A stretch of DNA of 62,000 nt from contig NC_057759.1 in NCBI RefSeq assembly GCF_004010195.1, positions 6,388,368 to 6,450,367 of the forward strand, given 5' to 3'. Positions within the stretch are counted from its first letter, which is position 1. Each line of letters begins with the position of its first letter. Under the pieces are notes generated by a model, which did not search any database, was not told where the DNA came from, and saw only the letters and a program-made list of their open reading frames with translations. The position numbers and the translations under genes were made by a program. Below, one piece after another: positions 24,621-37,766 of this stretch. Origin of the DNA: Chiloscyllium plagiosum. Its lineage: Eukaryota.

Positions 24621-26145
24621 TTTTCTGATTTTATTAGTTGACTGTCAGTCTGTCGGGGTGGGTGGGGGAGAGAGGAGAAAGGGCGATTGCAGAAGGGAAA
24701 CTGCTTTATTCTGAGAACCATTCTGAATTATGGTCACACATTTCCTGTTTGGGTCGAGTGTCTGGGATCTGTGGTATCACTGAGACATTAGTTTTAATTT
24801 GTACCTAGACATTGTTGGTGTTTATTTTGTGAAAGAGAGTTTTATTCGACATTCAGTCCATTTCTGTCTGATATTTTTCATACCAATATGCAACACAACA
24901 GCATGTCATCTCCTTTCTCATCAAAATCAGAGTCACTGATATGGTACAGCTCAGAAGCAGACCATTCAGCCTATTGTGTCTGTACTGGGACATCCTGTTA
25001 TGCATCAGTTCTGCAGTAATTGTTGGGAACGTGAACTTCATCCACTCATTGTCAGCGTCTATATGGAAAGGACAATTCGGCAGCAGTTCTGCTGTCATCT
25101 GACTTTTAATAACTATAATGCTAGTTTTGATATATTTCCCACAATCTCAATCACAGATCATTGGTCAGATCACATTTGTGTTCAGTTCTGGGCACTTTTT
25201 TAAGGGAGGATCTTCAAGCTCTGGAGAGAGTTCATTGGAAGATTTACTTGATCTCATTCATTTATGTTCATTTGTGTCTGTGTAGCATAAACTCTGCAAA
25301 TAAACTCTTTTCAATGATGCTCAATTGTATTGCATTTCAGTCTCAGATTATTGTTACATTGCATGTGCATGCCTGTATAGTAGATTTTATCAGACGCTGC
25401 TGGGCACTGCATATGATAAGTGATGTTGAGAGTCAATACTATCTGGAAATAATTCAGGCCTAATTTTATTCTTTTCCTTTCAGCATCCAGTGGCTGAGTG
25501 AGAGTGAATTTGCTCTTATGCTGCCACTCTAACTCAGTTCATGTCTCCTGTAGTGGATGGGAAACAGCCGAAGTTCTTTAATTGTTAGTGTCGGTAGGAA
25601 TCATGTGTAAGTAAAAACGTAACACACTGCAACAGAAAGGATTCTGTGCTGTTCTTCAGAGTCAAGGTAAGATACACAATGAACCTTTTGTAACTTGTAT
25701 AATGCAGAATCTAACAGCAGTATTGATATAAAATGTCTGTCTTCAGAATGCCATTAGTTTTTGTTTCAGTGCATATTGATGTACCTTTCTGAACACTGCT
25801 GAACTAACAATCAATGTAAACTGAATCCATTTGCAACAAAGTGAAAGGGTGACAAACCATTCAACTGCATTGGAGCTGACTGACCATAATGTTTGTTGCA
25901 CAAAAAAGACAATTGGCTAATTCACTTTTTTTCTGATGTAGACAGAACATTACCCTGCTCTGTAGTGTGATGATGTACCATTAACAGTACTCTTGTGTTA
26001 CTCTATAGTAGGAAGGAGGAAAGGAAAAGGATTTTTATTTTTTGTCACGCAGTGCAGAATATGTAAATTATCAAATTCAATTTATGGAATAATCAACACT
26101 GTTCAACTCTACTTGATAATAAAATGAGCAGTTTTACAAACCTAC

Positions 26146-26330
26146 CGATTTTGGCTTTTATCCCCCCCTTTCTCCACTGCTTTGAAGGGTGGTTATTAGA
26201 TTCCATTGATGAATTGTGAAATTGCAGCCAGATCTCATGCATTTTATTGATACATCCTCGGGAGGGATAGGACGAATGCAGAGCTCTTTGTAAATAATTG
26301 CAACTAATTTTGAAAGTAGTACATAATTAT
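26146..26330 (-). pseudogene. Possible degenerate Ig-domain exon
   Basis: tttttaacag| acceptor and |gtaggt donor; DNYVLL...EDVSIKC resembles an FcR-domain N-terminus, but the second Cys motif is absent and there is a stop. Confidence 0.3.
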
Positions 26331-27056
26331 CTGTTAAAAAGTTTCTGGTTGGACTGAAACAGACAAAACAAAGTCTTCTACTGCAATATGAAGAAATGGT
26401 GAATGATGTTGTGACAAAGATGGGGATGGCAGCTTCTATGCTACAGTGATACATTTATGCAAATAGATGCTAGCTGATCAGGATGAAAATTGTTAGCTGG
26501 TTGTTTCTGATCGGTACAGACTCAAAAGTTTTGAAGGGCCTGATTCTGTGCTGTCAGCCTCTCACTCTCTGACAAAGGATTTGTGGGTAGAAATAATTTT
26601 GAATGTAACATTTTCTGTTACTTGCAATGTCATTTGAACTGCAAGGCAGTTAGACATTGGAAAGTAAGTCAGAGAGATAGAGACAGTGTGTGTGTTGGGA
26701 GGTTGGGGGGCAACAATTGGTTACATACCTACACAGTAATCATTCTATGTCAGGCTTTGCAGAGAATGTGCATTTAGAATTCATGTTATTTGATTGCTAT
26801 GTTTATATACATGACAAAAGATTAATTCCATCACTGTCAATTCCTGAGAGCTGAAATGTTTCCTTCAATATAAATTTGTACTCAATATCTATTTTACATA
26901 TGGTTGCTCAAAGTAATTACATCAGCTATTTGTTTGCCTCAATTGTAACGTTAAAATTATCATTACTAAATGCAGACGACATAAAGATTGATGGACTTGA
27001 GTAGTGTAGAAGCTTGTCAAAGGTTGCAGGAGGATATGGCCGGAAAAACAGCAGAT

Positions 27057-29639
27057 TGATGTAGGTTCGCTCGCTGAGCTGCAAGGTTTCGTTATCCTAA
27101 TAGATAACATCTTCATTGGGCCTCAGGCAAAGCAATGCTGAAAGTTCCTGCTTTCTATTTATATGTTTGGGTTTCTTTGGGTTGGTGATGCCATTTCCTG
27201 TGGTGAAGTCACTTCCTGTTCCTTTTCTCAGGGAGTGGCAGGAAAAACGAAGAAAACACACTCAATACACAAGAAAGGAAAGCACTGGAAAGACTAAAAA
27301 AAGATAAAAACATTGTTATCCTACCTGCAGACAAAGGACGCTTGACAGTCATTCTAAACTGAAGAGACTACATTGAAAAAGCAAACGCACTACTTACAGA
27401 TACCAACACTTACTAACAAATGGCGATAGACCTGACTCCACAACTGGAGAACTGAATCACAGCTCTACTCAAAAAACTCCAGAAATCTGGAGAAATAAAT
27501 AGGACAGACTTCCAAATAAATGAAACCAGACAAATTCAACACACCACGATTCTACGGATTACCCAAAATTCACAAACCAGGAGCCCCCCCTCAGACCCAT
27601 AGTCTCACTATCTGGAACACCAGCTTACAGATGGCCAAGAAGCTACACCAAAGTCTAAAACACTTAGTAGAAGACTCTCACCATTCCACCCAAGAATTCC
27701 TGAAGACCATTAAAGACACTAAGATAGAGGAGGATGAAATAATGGTCTCCTTTGATGTAACAGCACTGTTTACTTCAATCAACATTAACCTGGACAGGGA
27801 AACACTGACTACACTATTAGAAGACACAAAAACACATACACCAAACACCACTAACTTCATCAACAAGGTGAATATCATCAAGCCAGTGGATCTATGCCGT
27901 ACCACCCACTTCACCTTCAACTTCAACAACAACAACAACCACCTTACAGACAAACCAATGGAACACCCATGGGATGTGCCAATATCAGGGTTCTTATCAG
28001 AGGCAGTAATGCAGTGACTTGAGCAAACAGCTCTGCCAAACTTTGGGTCCGCTACGTGGATGGCACCTTTGTCATCACTAAATGAAACAAGTTAGAGGAA
28101 ACCTTTAAGACCATCAATAATACCCCACCAGCATAAAATTCACTAAAGAGGAAGAAAACAACAACAATCTGCCATTCCTAGATGTCACAGTAGAGCGAAC
28201 AGCCAATGGGGAGCTTCAAACCAGCGTCTACAGAAAAACACGTGCAGACCAAATATTGAACTACAGAAGCAATCATCCCAACACCCACAAACGAAGCTGC
28301 ATCAGAACATTATTTCAATGAGCCAACACACACTGCAGCACAGAGGAACTACGCAGAGCAGAGGAAAATCACTGATACCGTGTGTTCAAAAGGAATGGGT
28401 ACCCACTGAACACAGTCCGCCAATTTCTCAGCAACTAACCCAAACAAGCAGACAAAACATGTCCAGAAACCCTACCCACTGTCTTCCACATCAAAGATAT
28501 CTCAGAAATTACTGCCAGACTATGCAGACTCCTTGGCATCATGGTAGCCCACAAACACAACACACTAAAACAGCAGCTAATGATCTTGAAAGACCTGATA
28601 CAGACAACAAGCAAAACTAATACTGTTGGAATATCACTGCAATTCTGGTCTCCTTCCTATCAGAAAGATGTTGTGAAACTTGAAAGGGTCCAGAAAATAT
28701 TTACAAAGATGTTGCCAGGGTTGGAGGATTTGAGCTATGGGGAGAGGCTTAACAGGCCAGGGCTGTTTTCCCTGGAGCATCAGAGGAGCATGGATAGGGT
28801 AAATAGGTAAAGTCTTTTCCCTGGGGTCAGGGAGTCCAGAACTAGAGAGCATAGGTTTAGGATGAGAGGGGAAAGATATAAAAGAGACCTAAGGGGCAAC
28901 TTTTTCACGCAGAGGGAGGTACGAGTATGGAATGAGCTGGCAGAGAAAGTGGTGAAGGCTGGTACAATTGCAACATTTAAGAGTCATTTGGATGGGTATA
29001 TGAATAGGAAGGGTTTGGAGTGATATGAGCTGGGTGCTGATAGGTGGGACTACATTGGGTTGGGATATCTGGTCGGCATGGATGGGTTGGACCGAAGGGT
29101 CTATTTCCATGCTATACATCTCTATGACTCTATAATGTCAGTTACAAAATACATGCAAGGACTAACAATCACTACATTGGACGAGCAGGCAGAAAACTAG
29201 CCACCAGGATACATGAACACAACTAGCCACAAAAAGATATGACCCTCTCTCATTAGTATCCTCACATACAGAGGAAGAAGGGCACCACTTCAGCTGGGAC
29301 AACACAACCATCCTAGGACAAGCCAAACAAAGACACGCAGAAGAATTCCTAGAAGCTTGGCATTCCAACTGGCAATCAACAAACAGAGTTGAACCCTATC
29401 TACCACCCCCTGATAAAAGGAACAGGAAGTGACTTCACCACAGGAAATGACATCACCAACCCAAAGACTCCCAAACATATAAAGAGAAAGCAGGAATTTT
29501 CAGCATTGCTTCGCCTGAGGCCCACTGAGGATGTTACCTAGTAGGGTAATGAAATGTCTGGAAATGAACCTTGCAGCTCAGTGTGCAAACCTACAACCAA
29601 AACCTCAACCTGAGCTACAAATCTTCTCAAAACTCACTA
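27057..29639 (+). mobile_element. Penelope-like retroelement (RT + GIY-YIG) with inverted 5' pLTR and 3' pLTR; degenerate
   Basis: ILPADKG, PRFYGLPKIHKPG, VSFDVTALFTSI, WVRYVDGTF, HYIGRAGRKLATRIHEH; 27057-27240 is the reverse complement of 29420-29600; hammerhead core at 29522-29561. Confidence 0.9.
28622..29132 (+). mobile_element. CR1 3' fragment inserted in the Penelope GIY-YIG region
   Basis: QFWSPSYQKDVVKLERVQKIFTKML; 3' UTR matches 11316-11524, ending CTCTATGACTCTA. Confidence 0.9.
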
Positions 29640-30081
29640 ATGGCAGATGAGTTTAATCTGGCAAAGTGTAAGATGCTAGACTTTGGGAGATCAAATGTTA
29701 AGGAAAGGTATACAGTAAATGGCTGGACTCTGAAAGTAGTTGATGTACAGAAGGATCTTGGGGATCCAGTCTATAGTTCCCTGAAAGTTGCAATGCAAGT
29801 AGATATCTGGAGAAAGGTGTCTGGCATGCTTGCCTTATTTGTTGGGGAATTGAGTACAAGAATCAGGATGTCATATTGCAGCTTTATAAGACTTTCGTTA
29901 GGTCTTACTTAGAGTATTATGACAAAAGATTAATTCTGTCCTTCTCAGTTACTAATAGCTGAAATGTTTCCTTCAATATCTGTACTCACGATCTACTTCG
30001 TATATGGTTGTTCAAACTAACAGCATTGTCTATTTGTTCACCTCTATTATAACGTGAAAAGTATCCTTACTAAACTTCAGA

Positions 30082-30822
30082 ACCCATGAGGACAGCCTCG
30101 AATCGGGACCTTTGGTTCCTGTCACACTACACACTCACTCACTCACATGCACACACTCATGCAGATGCTCTCTCATCCACACACTTCCCCACATACATAC
30201 ATGCATACAACTCCCACACTCAGACCAATGCACATACCCACTCACAGCCTGACACCACCACACTCATACACACACTTTATCAAGCATGCGCATACACAAA
30301 CACACACATTTGCAGATGTAGTCATGCACGCACACACACACTCACACACACGTCTATAGGGTGAATTTGCATTTGCAGATACATTCTATTTTGCTCAAAA
30401 AGAGCACAACCTGCAGGCAGCCAATCGATGTAGTACTTTATAAGTTCCTACTTTGATGATAGAACCAGTCTGACTCAAGATTGGGATACAGACAGACTCT
30501 AATTTCACACCTTTAATACATTGTCTGAGCTGAGATGTCACCCTTTTTTAAATAAAACCTGAAGTCATCTTGAGTTTGGGACATAAAAGTAGTTATGGGA
30601 TGTATATATTAATTAACTGAAACCTGCAACCCATTCTAAAAGATGAAAGATGAAACAACTTATTCAATATATAATTTCAGATGCATAACATTTTAACCTT
30701 TAGCTATAAATTCTGTGTGTCGTGGTCTGGTTTCACAGCTACCTGATGAAGGAGCAGCGCACTGAAAGCTAGTACTTCCAAATGAACCTGCTGGACTATA
30801 ATCTGGTGTTGCGTGATTTTTC
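30082..30822 (+). mobile_element. Penelope-like (second family) 3' region with CA-rich tract and hammerhead motif
   Basis: Homologous to minus-strand 49489-51133; TAC-CTGATGA...GAAA-GCTA-GTA at 30740-30774. Confidence 0.7.
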
Positions 30823-32968
30823 AATTATGGTCGCCACATTACAGGAAGGACGTGGAGGGTGGTTCGATGTACAAATTTAATGCAGTGTATATTTTGGATG
30901 AGGATTCTTTTTCAAATTGTTTGGAACAGAGTAGCATGTATTGAGAATATAGATAAAAAAATATAAACTTCTATTTCCTCGGTGGTTTTTGACTCTTGGT
31001 TTGATCATATCTCTCTGGAAATAGAGCTCAATGTAAGTCTGACTCAGTCCACTCTGTGACNNNNNNNNNNNNNNNNNNNNNNNNNNNNNNNNNNNNNNNN
31101 NNNNNNNNNNNNNNNNNNNNNNNNNNNNNNNNNNNNNNNNNNNNNNNNNNNNNNNNNNNNNNNNNNNNNNNNNNNNNNNNNNNNNNNNNNNNNNNNNNNN
31201 NNNNNNNNNNNNNNNNNNNNNNNNNNNNNNNNNNNNNNNNNNNNNNNNNNNNNNNNNNNNNNNNNNNNNNNNNNNNNNNNNNNNNNNNNNNNNNNNNNNN
31301 NNNNNNNNNNNNNNNNNNNNNNNNNNNNNNNNNNNNNNNNNNNNNNNNNNNNNNNNNNNNNNNNNNNNNNNNNNNNNNNNNNNNNNNNNNNNNNNNNNNN
31401 NNNNNNNNNNNNNNNNNNNNNNNNNNNNNNNNNNNNNNNNNNNNNNNNNNNNNNNNNNNNNNNNNNNNNNNNNNNNNNNNNNNNNNNNNNNNNNNNNNNN
31501 NNNNNNNNNNNNNNNNNNNNNNNNNNNNNNNNNNNNNNNNNNNNNNNNNNNNNNNNNNNNTCAAACCTTCAATTTCCTACAACATCCAAGTAAACTTCTT
31601 CTGAACCCTCTCCAGCTCAATAATTTCATTCCTATAATAAGGAGACCAGAACTGGATACAATACTCCAGAACAGGCCTCACCACCATCCTGTTCAACCTC
31701 AATAGGATATCCCAAATTCTATACTCAAAAGTCTGAGCAATAAAAGCAAGCGTGCTAAACGCCTTCTTAACCTCCCTCTCTATATATGATGCAAACTTCA
31801 GAAATCCCCCAGGTGTGTCGGTTCGTCAACACAACCAATGGCTCTACTTTTAATTGTATAGGTCCTGTCTTCTTTGTTTTACCAAAATGCATTACTTCAC
31901 ATTTATTCAAATTCGACACCATCTGCTACTTTCAGCCCATTGACCAATTAATTTATGATATTAGATAACCTTCTTCATTGTCCACTATATTACTAACCCT
32001 GGTGTCATCTGCAAACTTACTAACTATGCTTTCTATATTCTCTTCAAAATCATTTATATAAATGAGAAACAAAAATGGACCCAGTCTTCCTGGACACTAA
32101 AGCTCTCCATGATGCTTCTTGAAATTCAAGATCGTAGACCTTAAATGATAGGTGAAGCTTACTACCAGTCTTTAAAAGCAGCAACTTGTCCATCCAGCTG
32201 CATCTGGGTCATTACAATTTGGGTCTGACCACTTTAGTGATGAGTCAGAGCAGTAGTAGAGAAAGAAAAGAAAGCATATGCTTCACCAGATCTCACTAAC
32301 TGTTCAAAGAATCTGCCAGTTCAGTTGCATAAAGAGCAACAGCAAAAATGTATTATCCTGAGTAGATGACATCCTTGCATTGAGGGACAGCTGCTGACAC
32401 TTTGGTGTCCAGTTGCTACAAATATCCTTGATCTCAGCTGTCCACAGAACACTTGGTGGCATGCATTGTTCTGCAGAAAATGTTAGTTGCATAAAGCTTA
32501 CAGTAGCTGCCAAGATCAAATAGTCACTGTCGGCTCATGTTTATATTTATCAAGCCAACATTTCTGAACCGTTAGCGCTATTCCTTGCTATGTGTCCATC
32601 TTGCGTTGCAGCCATCCAGTAGATTAACATATTATGATAGGTATTCTATTGACAGGTCGTTTGTCTCTAGTGGTACACCAGGCATTACAGAATAGATAAC
32701 ACAGGAAAGCCAGACTGGGTACAGATTTCCTTCGGTCAAGGACATCATTTTTTTTAAAAATAATATACAGTCATAGGATTTGTGTGTGACTGGCTGGGCC
32801 AACATTTATTGCCCATCCCTAACTGCCAATAGCGCAGTTAAGAGTCAGCCACATTGTTGTGTTGTCTGGAGTTATATGTTGGCCAGACTGGGTAAACATG
32901 ACAGATTTTCTTCCAAAGAGGACTTTAGTAATTCAGATGGGACTCTGTCCTGTCAATGGTCTTCATTA

Positions 32969-33308
32969 GGGTGTAGGTTTGCTCGCTGAGCTGTAGGTTT
33001 GATATCCAGACGTTTCATTACCTGGCTAGGTAACATCATTAATGGTGACCTCCAAGTGAAGCGAAGCTGTTGTCTCCTGCTTTCTATTTATATCTTTCTC
33101 CTGGATGGGGTTCCTGGGGTTTGTGGTGATGTCATTTCCTGTTTGTTTTCTGAGGGGTTGATAGATGGCATCTAGATCTGTGTGTTTGTTTATGGCGTTA
33201 TGGTTGGAGTGCCAGGCCTCGAGGAATTCTCTGGCATGTCTTTGCTTAGCCTGTCCCAGGATAGATGTGTTGTCCCAGTCGAAATGGTGGTTTTTTTCAT
33301 CCGTGTGT
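32969..33308 (-). mobile_element. Penelope 3' end / pLTR fragment
   Basis: Reverse complement of 29280-29600 family; TTCATTAG duplicated on both flanks. Confidence 0.75.
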
Positions 33309-35000
33309 TTTCATTAGATTCTAAATGCAAGACTTTTATTGAATTCAAATTCACCCCCTTGCCATGGCAGGATTTGCACCTGGGTCACTGGAACATCACC
33401 TGGGAGTCTGTGTAAATAGGCTAGCATTAATACCATTCAGTCCTGACCTTAACTTACTAGATCAGAGAGCTAGTTGGGAGTTTGTAACATGGTTCATTTG
33501 ATCACATCCACTTTTAATGATTAATAGATGTGGTTCTATGTCATGCATTAGTTAAATTTAAGTCAATACTTACTATTTAATTGCAGAAAGCTGCACACCT
33601 AAGGGTTTGGGAGTCCTCGTCCGAGAATCCCAAAACAAAAGCTGTCGTCCAAGTTAGGCAGGTCATAATAGCCTTTATTTCAAAGGGAATGGAATATAAA
33701 AGTCGGGAGATTTTGCTTAAACTATACAAGGCACTAGATATACCACATCTGTGATACAGTGATCAGTCTTGGGCCTTCATATTTAAGGAGAGAGAGACTG
33801 GGCATTGGAGGTAGTCCAGAGAAGGTTCACTCAGTTGATCCGGGTATAGAGGGACTGTGTGTTGAGGAAGAGTTTGGGTAGGTCTAGCCTGTCCTCATCT
33901 GGTGTTTAGAAGAAAGAAAGGCGACCTTTTTGAAGATTCTCAAATGACTTGAGGAGAGATGCAGATCGAGGTTGTTTCCCCCCATGTGGAATAGTCTGGG
34001 ACCAGACGGGTATCAAATCAGAATGTGGCAGGCTGAGGGAGGGGAAAGGGGGTTTGTCGCCCATTGAAGACTGAGATGAGGAATTTCTTCTTTTCAAGGG
34101 GAAACAGTCTGTTGAATTCTTCACTGCAGAGGGCGGTCAAGGTTAGGTCGTGAAGTCTCTTCAAGGCTGAGATTTTTAATCAGGAAGAGGAATTGAAGGT
34201 TATGTGATGAAAGTGAAGTTGAGGATTATCAAATCAGCTGCATTGAGTGGAGCAGACATTAAGGGCTGAATGGCCTGTTGCCACTCCTACGTCTGATAAT
34301 TTTAATGGACTTGGGGAAGAATAATGCATCTCAGACATAGATGATGTGCAGGATCCTATAAGCACTGAAAATCCCACAATCCTGGCAGGACAGGTTAATA
34401 GTTAAGAAGGCATTCAGGACACTTGCCTTTATCAGTCGCGGTATAGATTATAAGAGTGGGTAGGTGATATCAGAACTGGACAGGATTTCAGTGGGGCCAC
34501 CGCTAGATAACTATAGGAAAGGATGTGATTGCAGTGGAGGAGGTGCAGAGCAGATTCACGGCGATGTTGACTTGGATGTGTCACATTTCAGCAATGAGGA
34601 GAGGTTGGATAAGCTCGGATTGTTCTGTTTGGAGCAGAGCAGACTGAGGGGTGACCTGATAGAGGTGTATGAGACTGTGAGAGACACCTAGCTGTAAGGC
34701 ACATTTCCAATGGGTAAAGGAATCAATAAGCAGAGGTCATGGATTTAGAGCTAACAGGGGATTTGCGGAGAATATTATTTGTCCAGAGGATGGTGGCATA
34801 TCTGGAACTGACTGCCTCGAAAAGTGGGAGATACAGAAACCCTCGTTACATCAAAGAAATATTTAGGTGTACAACTGCATTGCTGTTGCCCCCAGAGGAT
34901 AAGGGTGAAAGAGCAGAAAAGTGAGAGTTTTGCTTTCAGACCTTTGCTGATAAGAACTGCTTCTTGTCCTGTAAAGGTCTATGAAATAACGAGAACTTAC

Positions 35001-35026
35001 TGATTCTCTTCTTGCCCTGATGTAAC
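35001..35026 (-). CDS. Possible small cytoplasmic exon of the TM/ITIM receptor (gene C)
   Basis: Long polypyrimidine tract, ctccag|GTTACATCAGGGCAAGAAGAGAATCA|gtaagt; phase-1 start gives GYIRARRES. Confidence 0.4.
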
Positions 35027-37557
35027 CTGGAGAAACAACCAGAAAAAAAAAGATTTTAGTGCACAGTATGGTGAGGGATTGCATTTTCCGTCTCCTTTGG
35101 CATTGTGTGTCAGTTAAGAAAACGGGGTACACGAGCAGAGGCGGCTGGGTGGTATATGTGCACAGATGACTGAAGGTGGCAGGACAGGGGGAGAGCGTGG
35201 TTACTGAAGCACACAGCATCCAAGAGCAGGAGGTGATGTTGAATTTGTACAAGGCGCTTGCTGCACATCAGCTAGAGTATAGGGCGCAGCTGTGTTTACC
35301 AAATTATAGAAAAGATATGAATGCATCTCAGTGAGTGAGAGAGCGCCAAAGCGGTTTTGATTTTATTTATTGTTGTTGCACGCACAGAAACTCAGTGAAA
35401 ACTTTTGTTTTGCATGCTCCACAGGCAGATCATAAAATACAAAATGCATCAGGGCAACAGAACAGACTGCAGACTACAGTGTTAAAGCTGTCAGGAAGGT
35501 GCAGTCAACATTAAAATTTGAGAGGTCAGTTCAAAACTAGGATAACAGCGGAGAAGAAGGTATTCTTTTTCTGTTGGTATCTATATTCAAATTTCTTTAG
35601 AGGTAATAGAGTATAACCAGGTTGGGAGGACTCTATGTGAATGTTGGCTGCTTTCCTGAGGCAGTGGGAAATGTCGGTGGAATCAGTGGATGGAAAGTTA
35701 GCTTGTGTGATAGACGTACAAGAACCAGGTACCAGGGACAATAAACTCCAAAGATGACAATACTGAAAGCCGACCGGGACTATGTTCCCTTGGAGAAGCA
35801 GAGAGAGAGAGGAATGTGTTCAAAATCGCGAGCAGGTGTTGGACAGAGTCAATAGGGAGAAACTGTTCCTGCTGGCAAAAGGAACAAAAATGAGAGTGAG
35901 TGGGTGGGGGACTCGTAGATTTATGGATTCAAAGCAATTTGGGGAAGAAACATGAAGAATAAACCTTTTCACCCAGCAAGTAGTTTGGGTGTAGAGTACA
36001 CTGCCTGGAAATGTGTTGGAGGTAGGTTCAATGGGGAAGGGGAGTTGGACAGAAATAGGCTGCACAAGGGTTTGGGAAAAAAGGCACAAGGGGCTACATT
36101 TATGTCAAGCTGTGAAGAAAGAAGTTGGTTTCAGTCAGTCCCAACATAACCTATCTGACTGATACATTCAATTCCAGATATCCCTGGGGGAGTAGAGGTA
36201 TGCTTGACAAAGCCTTTTTGTGAGGTGGAGATGTGTTGGACTACGTTATAGTAGTCCAACTGAAATAATGCAGCACAGTTTAAGGAAATGGTGAAGTTCG
36301 GTAAGGAATCTCATATCACTTTGAACAGCACTGCAGACCAATGACCGGATTCTGTATCTATGTGCAATAAAACAACAATGGATTGGACCCACCATTTACT
36401 GCTTCCATCCCTAATTGTTTCCGAGGAAAGTTCGGTGTCAACCACATTGTTGAGGGTCTGGAGTCACGTGCAGGGCCAGACTAAGTAGGGAAGGAGATTT
36501 CTCTCTCTCAAGGACAGCAGTGAACCAGATGGGTTTTTGTTCTGATTTTTGATATCACAGTTTCACGCTCACTGTTAGTAAGACAAAGTTAAAAATCTTT
36601 GGGACACTAGCTACCTGATGAAGGAGCAGCACTCTGAAAGATGTTACTTTCAAATAAACCTGTTGGATTCTGCACTGGTATTATGAGACTTTTAACTTTG
36701 TCCATCCCAGTCCAATACTGGCACCTCCACATCATGTTAATAAGGTGATCGCTTGGTTTGCGGGTGATGCAAAATTAGATGGGACTGCAAGTGGTGAGTA
36801 TGCCATGAAAATGGGGTTAAGTGAATGGGCAAAAAACATTGAATCTAACATGCAGAAATATAAGGTGATGCAGTACGAACAGAGGGGTTGAAGATTATTT
36901 AAATAGAGAAAGACTGCAGAAAGCTATGAGTCTGAGGGATTTGACAGTCCTCATCCGTGAATTACAAAAAGCTGGTGTTTAAATTCAGCAGGTTAGACCA
37001 GATCACACGATTAAGGAGCAGAATTAGGCCCATCGGGTCTCCTCTGCCATTCGATCATGGATATCTTTCTCAATCCAATCTTCCTGCCATCTACCCATAA
37101 CCATTGATCCGCTTATTAATCAGAATCTATCTATCTCTATCGTAAAGACAGTTCATGACTTGATCTCCACAGTCCTCTGTCGCAGTGGGTTTCACAGACT
37201 GACTACCTTCTGGCTAAAATAATTCCTCCTCATATCTGTTCTAAAGGGTTGTCCGTTCAATTCAGACTGTGCCGTTAGGTCCTCGTCTCTCCTACTCGTG
37301 GAAACATCTCCATGTGCATGCTATCCAGGCCTCTCAGTATTCTGTAAGTTAATTGATCACCCCACATCCTTCTAAATTTCATCAAGTACAGACCCAGAAT
37401 CCTCAACTACACCTTATTTGACAAGTCCTTCATCTCTGGGATCATTCTTGGAAACCTCCTCTGATCCTCCTATAAGGCCAGTACATTCCTTCGATACAGG
37501 GCCTAAAACTGCTCATAATATGCTGTGGTTCTGTTCGCCGAGCTGGAAGTTTTTGTT

Positions 37558-37597
37558 GCAAACGTTTCGTCCCCTGTCTAGGTGACATCCTCAGTGC
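37558..37597 (-). ncRNA. Minimal type I hammerhead ribozyme motif (antisense copy)
   Basis: Reverse complement GCACTGAGGATGTCACCTAGACAGGGGACGAAACGTTTGC. Confidence 0.7.
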
Positions 37598-37726
37598 TTG
37601 GGAGCACTACAGCTGTCCGCTGTAGTGGCCGGTCAGTGGCTGAAACTGACAACCGGAAGCGGCAGGGACAGGCCACTATAAATGCCGGAGGAAACACCAC
37701 AGAAGCGCTTCACAGGAGGCTCCCAA

Positions 37727-37766
37727 GCACTGAGGATGTCACCTATACAGGGGACGAAACGTTTGC
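37727..37766 (+). ncRNA. Minimal type I hammerhead ribozyme motif
   Basis: GCA-CTGAGGA-T-GTCACCT-ATAC-AGGGGAC-GAAA-C-GTT-TGC: stem I GCA/TGC, CUGANGA and GAAA core, palindromic ACGU stem III. Confidence 0.7.

Noticed and set aside
25481..25666. Plus-strand exon with good acceptor and donor
   Set aside because: No recognisable coding frame or partner exons
30086..30364. His/Thr-rich ORFs (also 50620-50880)
   Set aside because: Translation of CA-rich microsatellite within a PLE UTR
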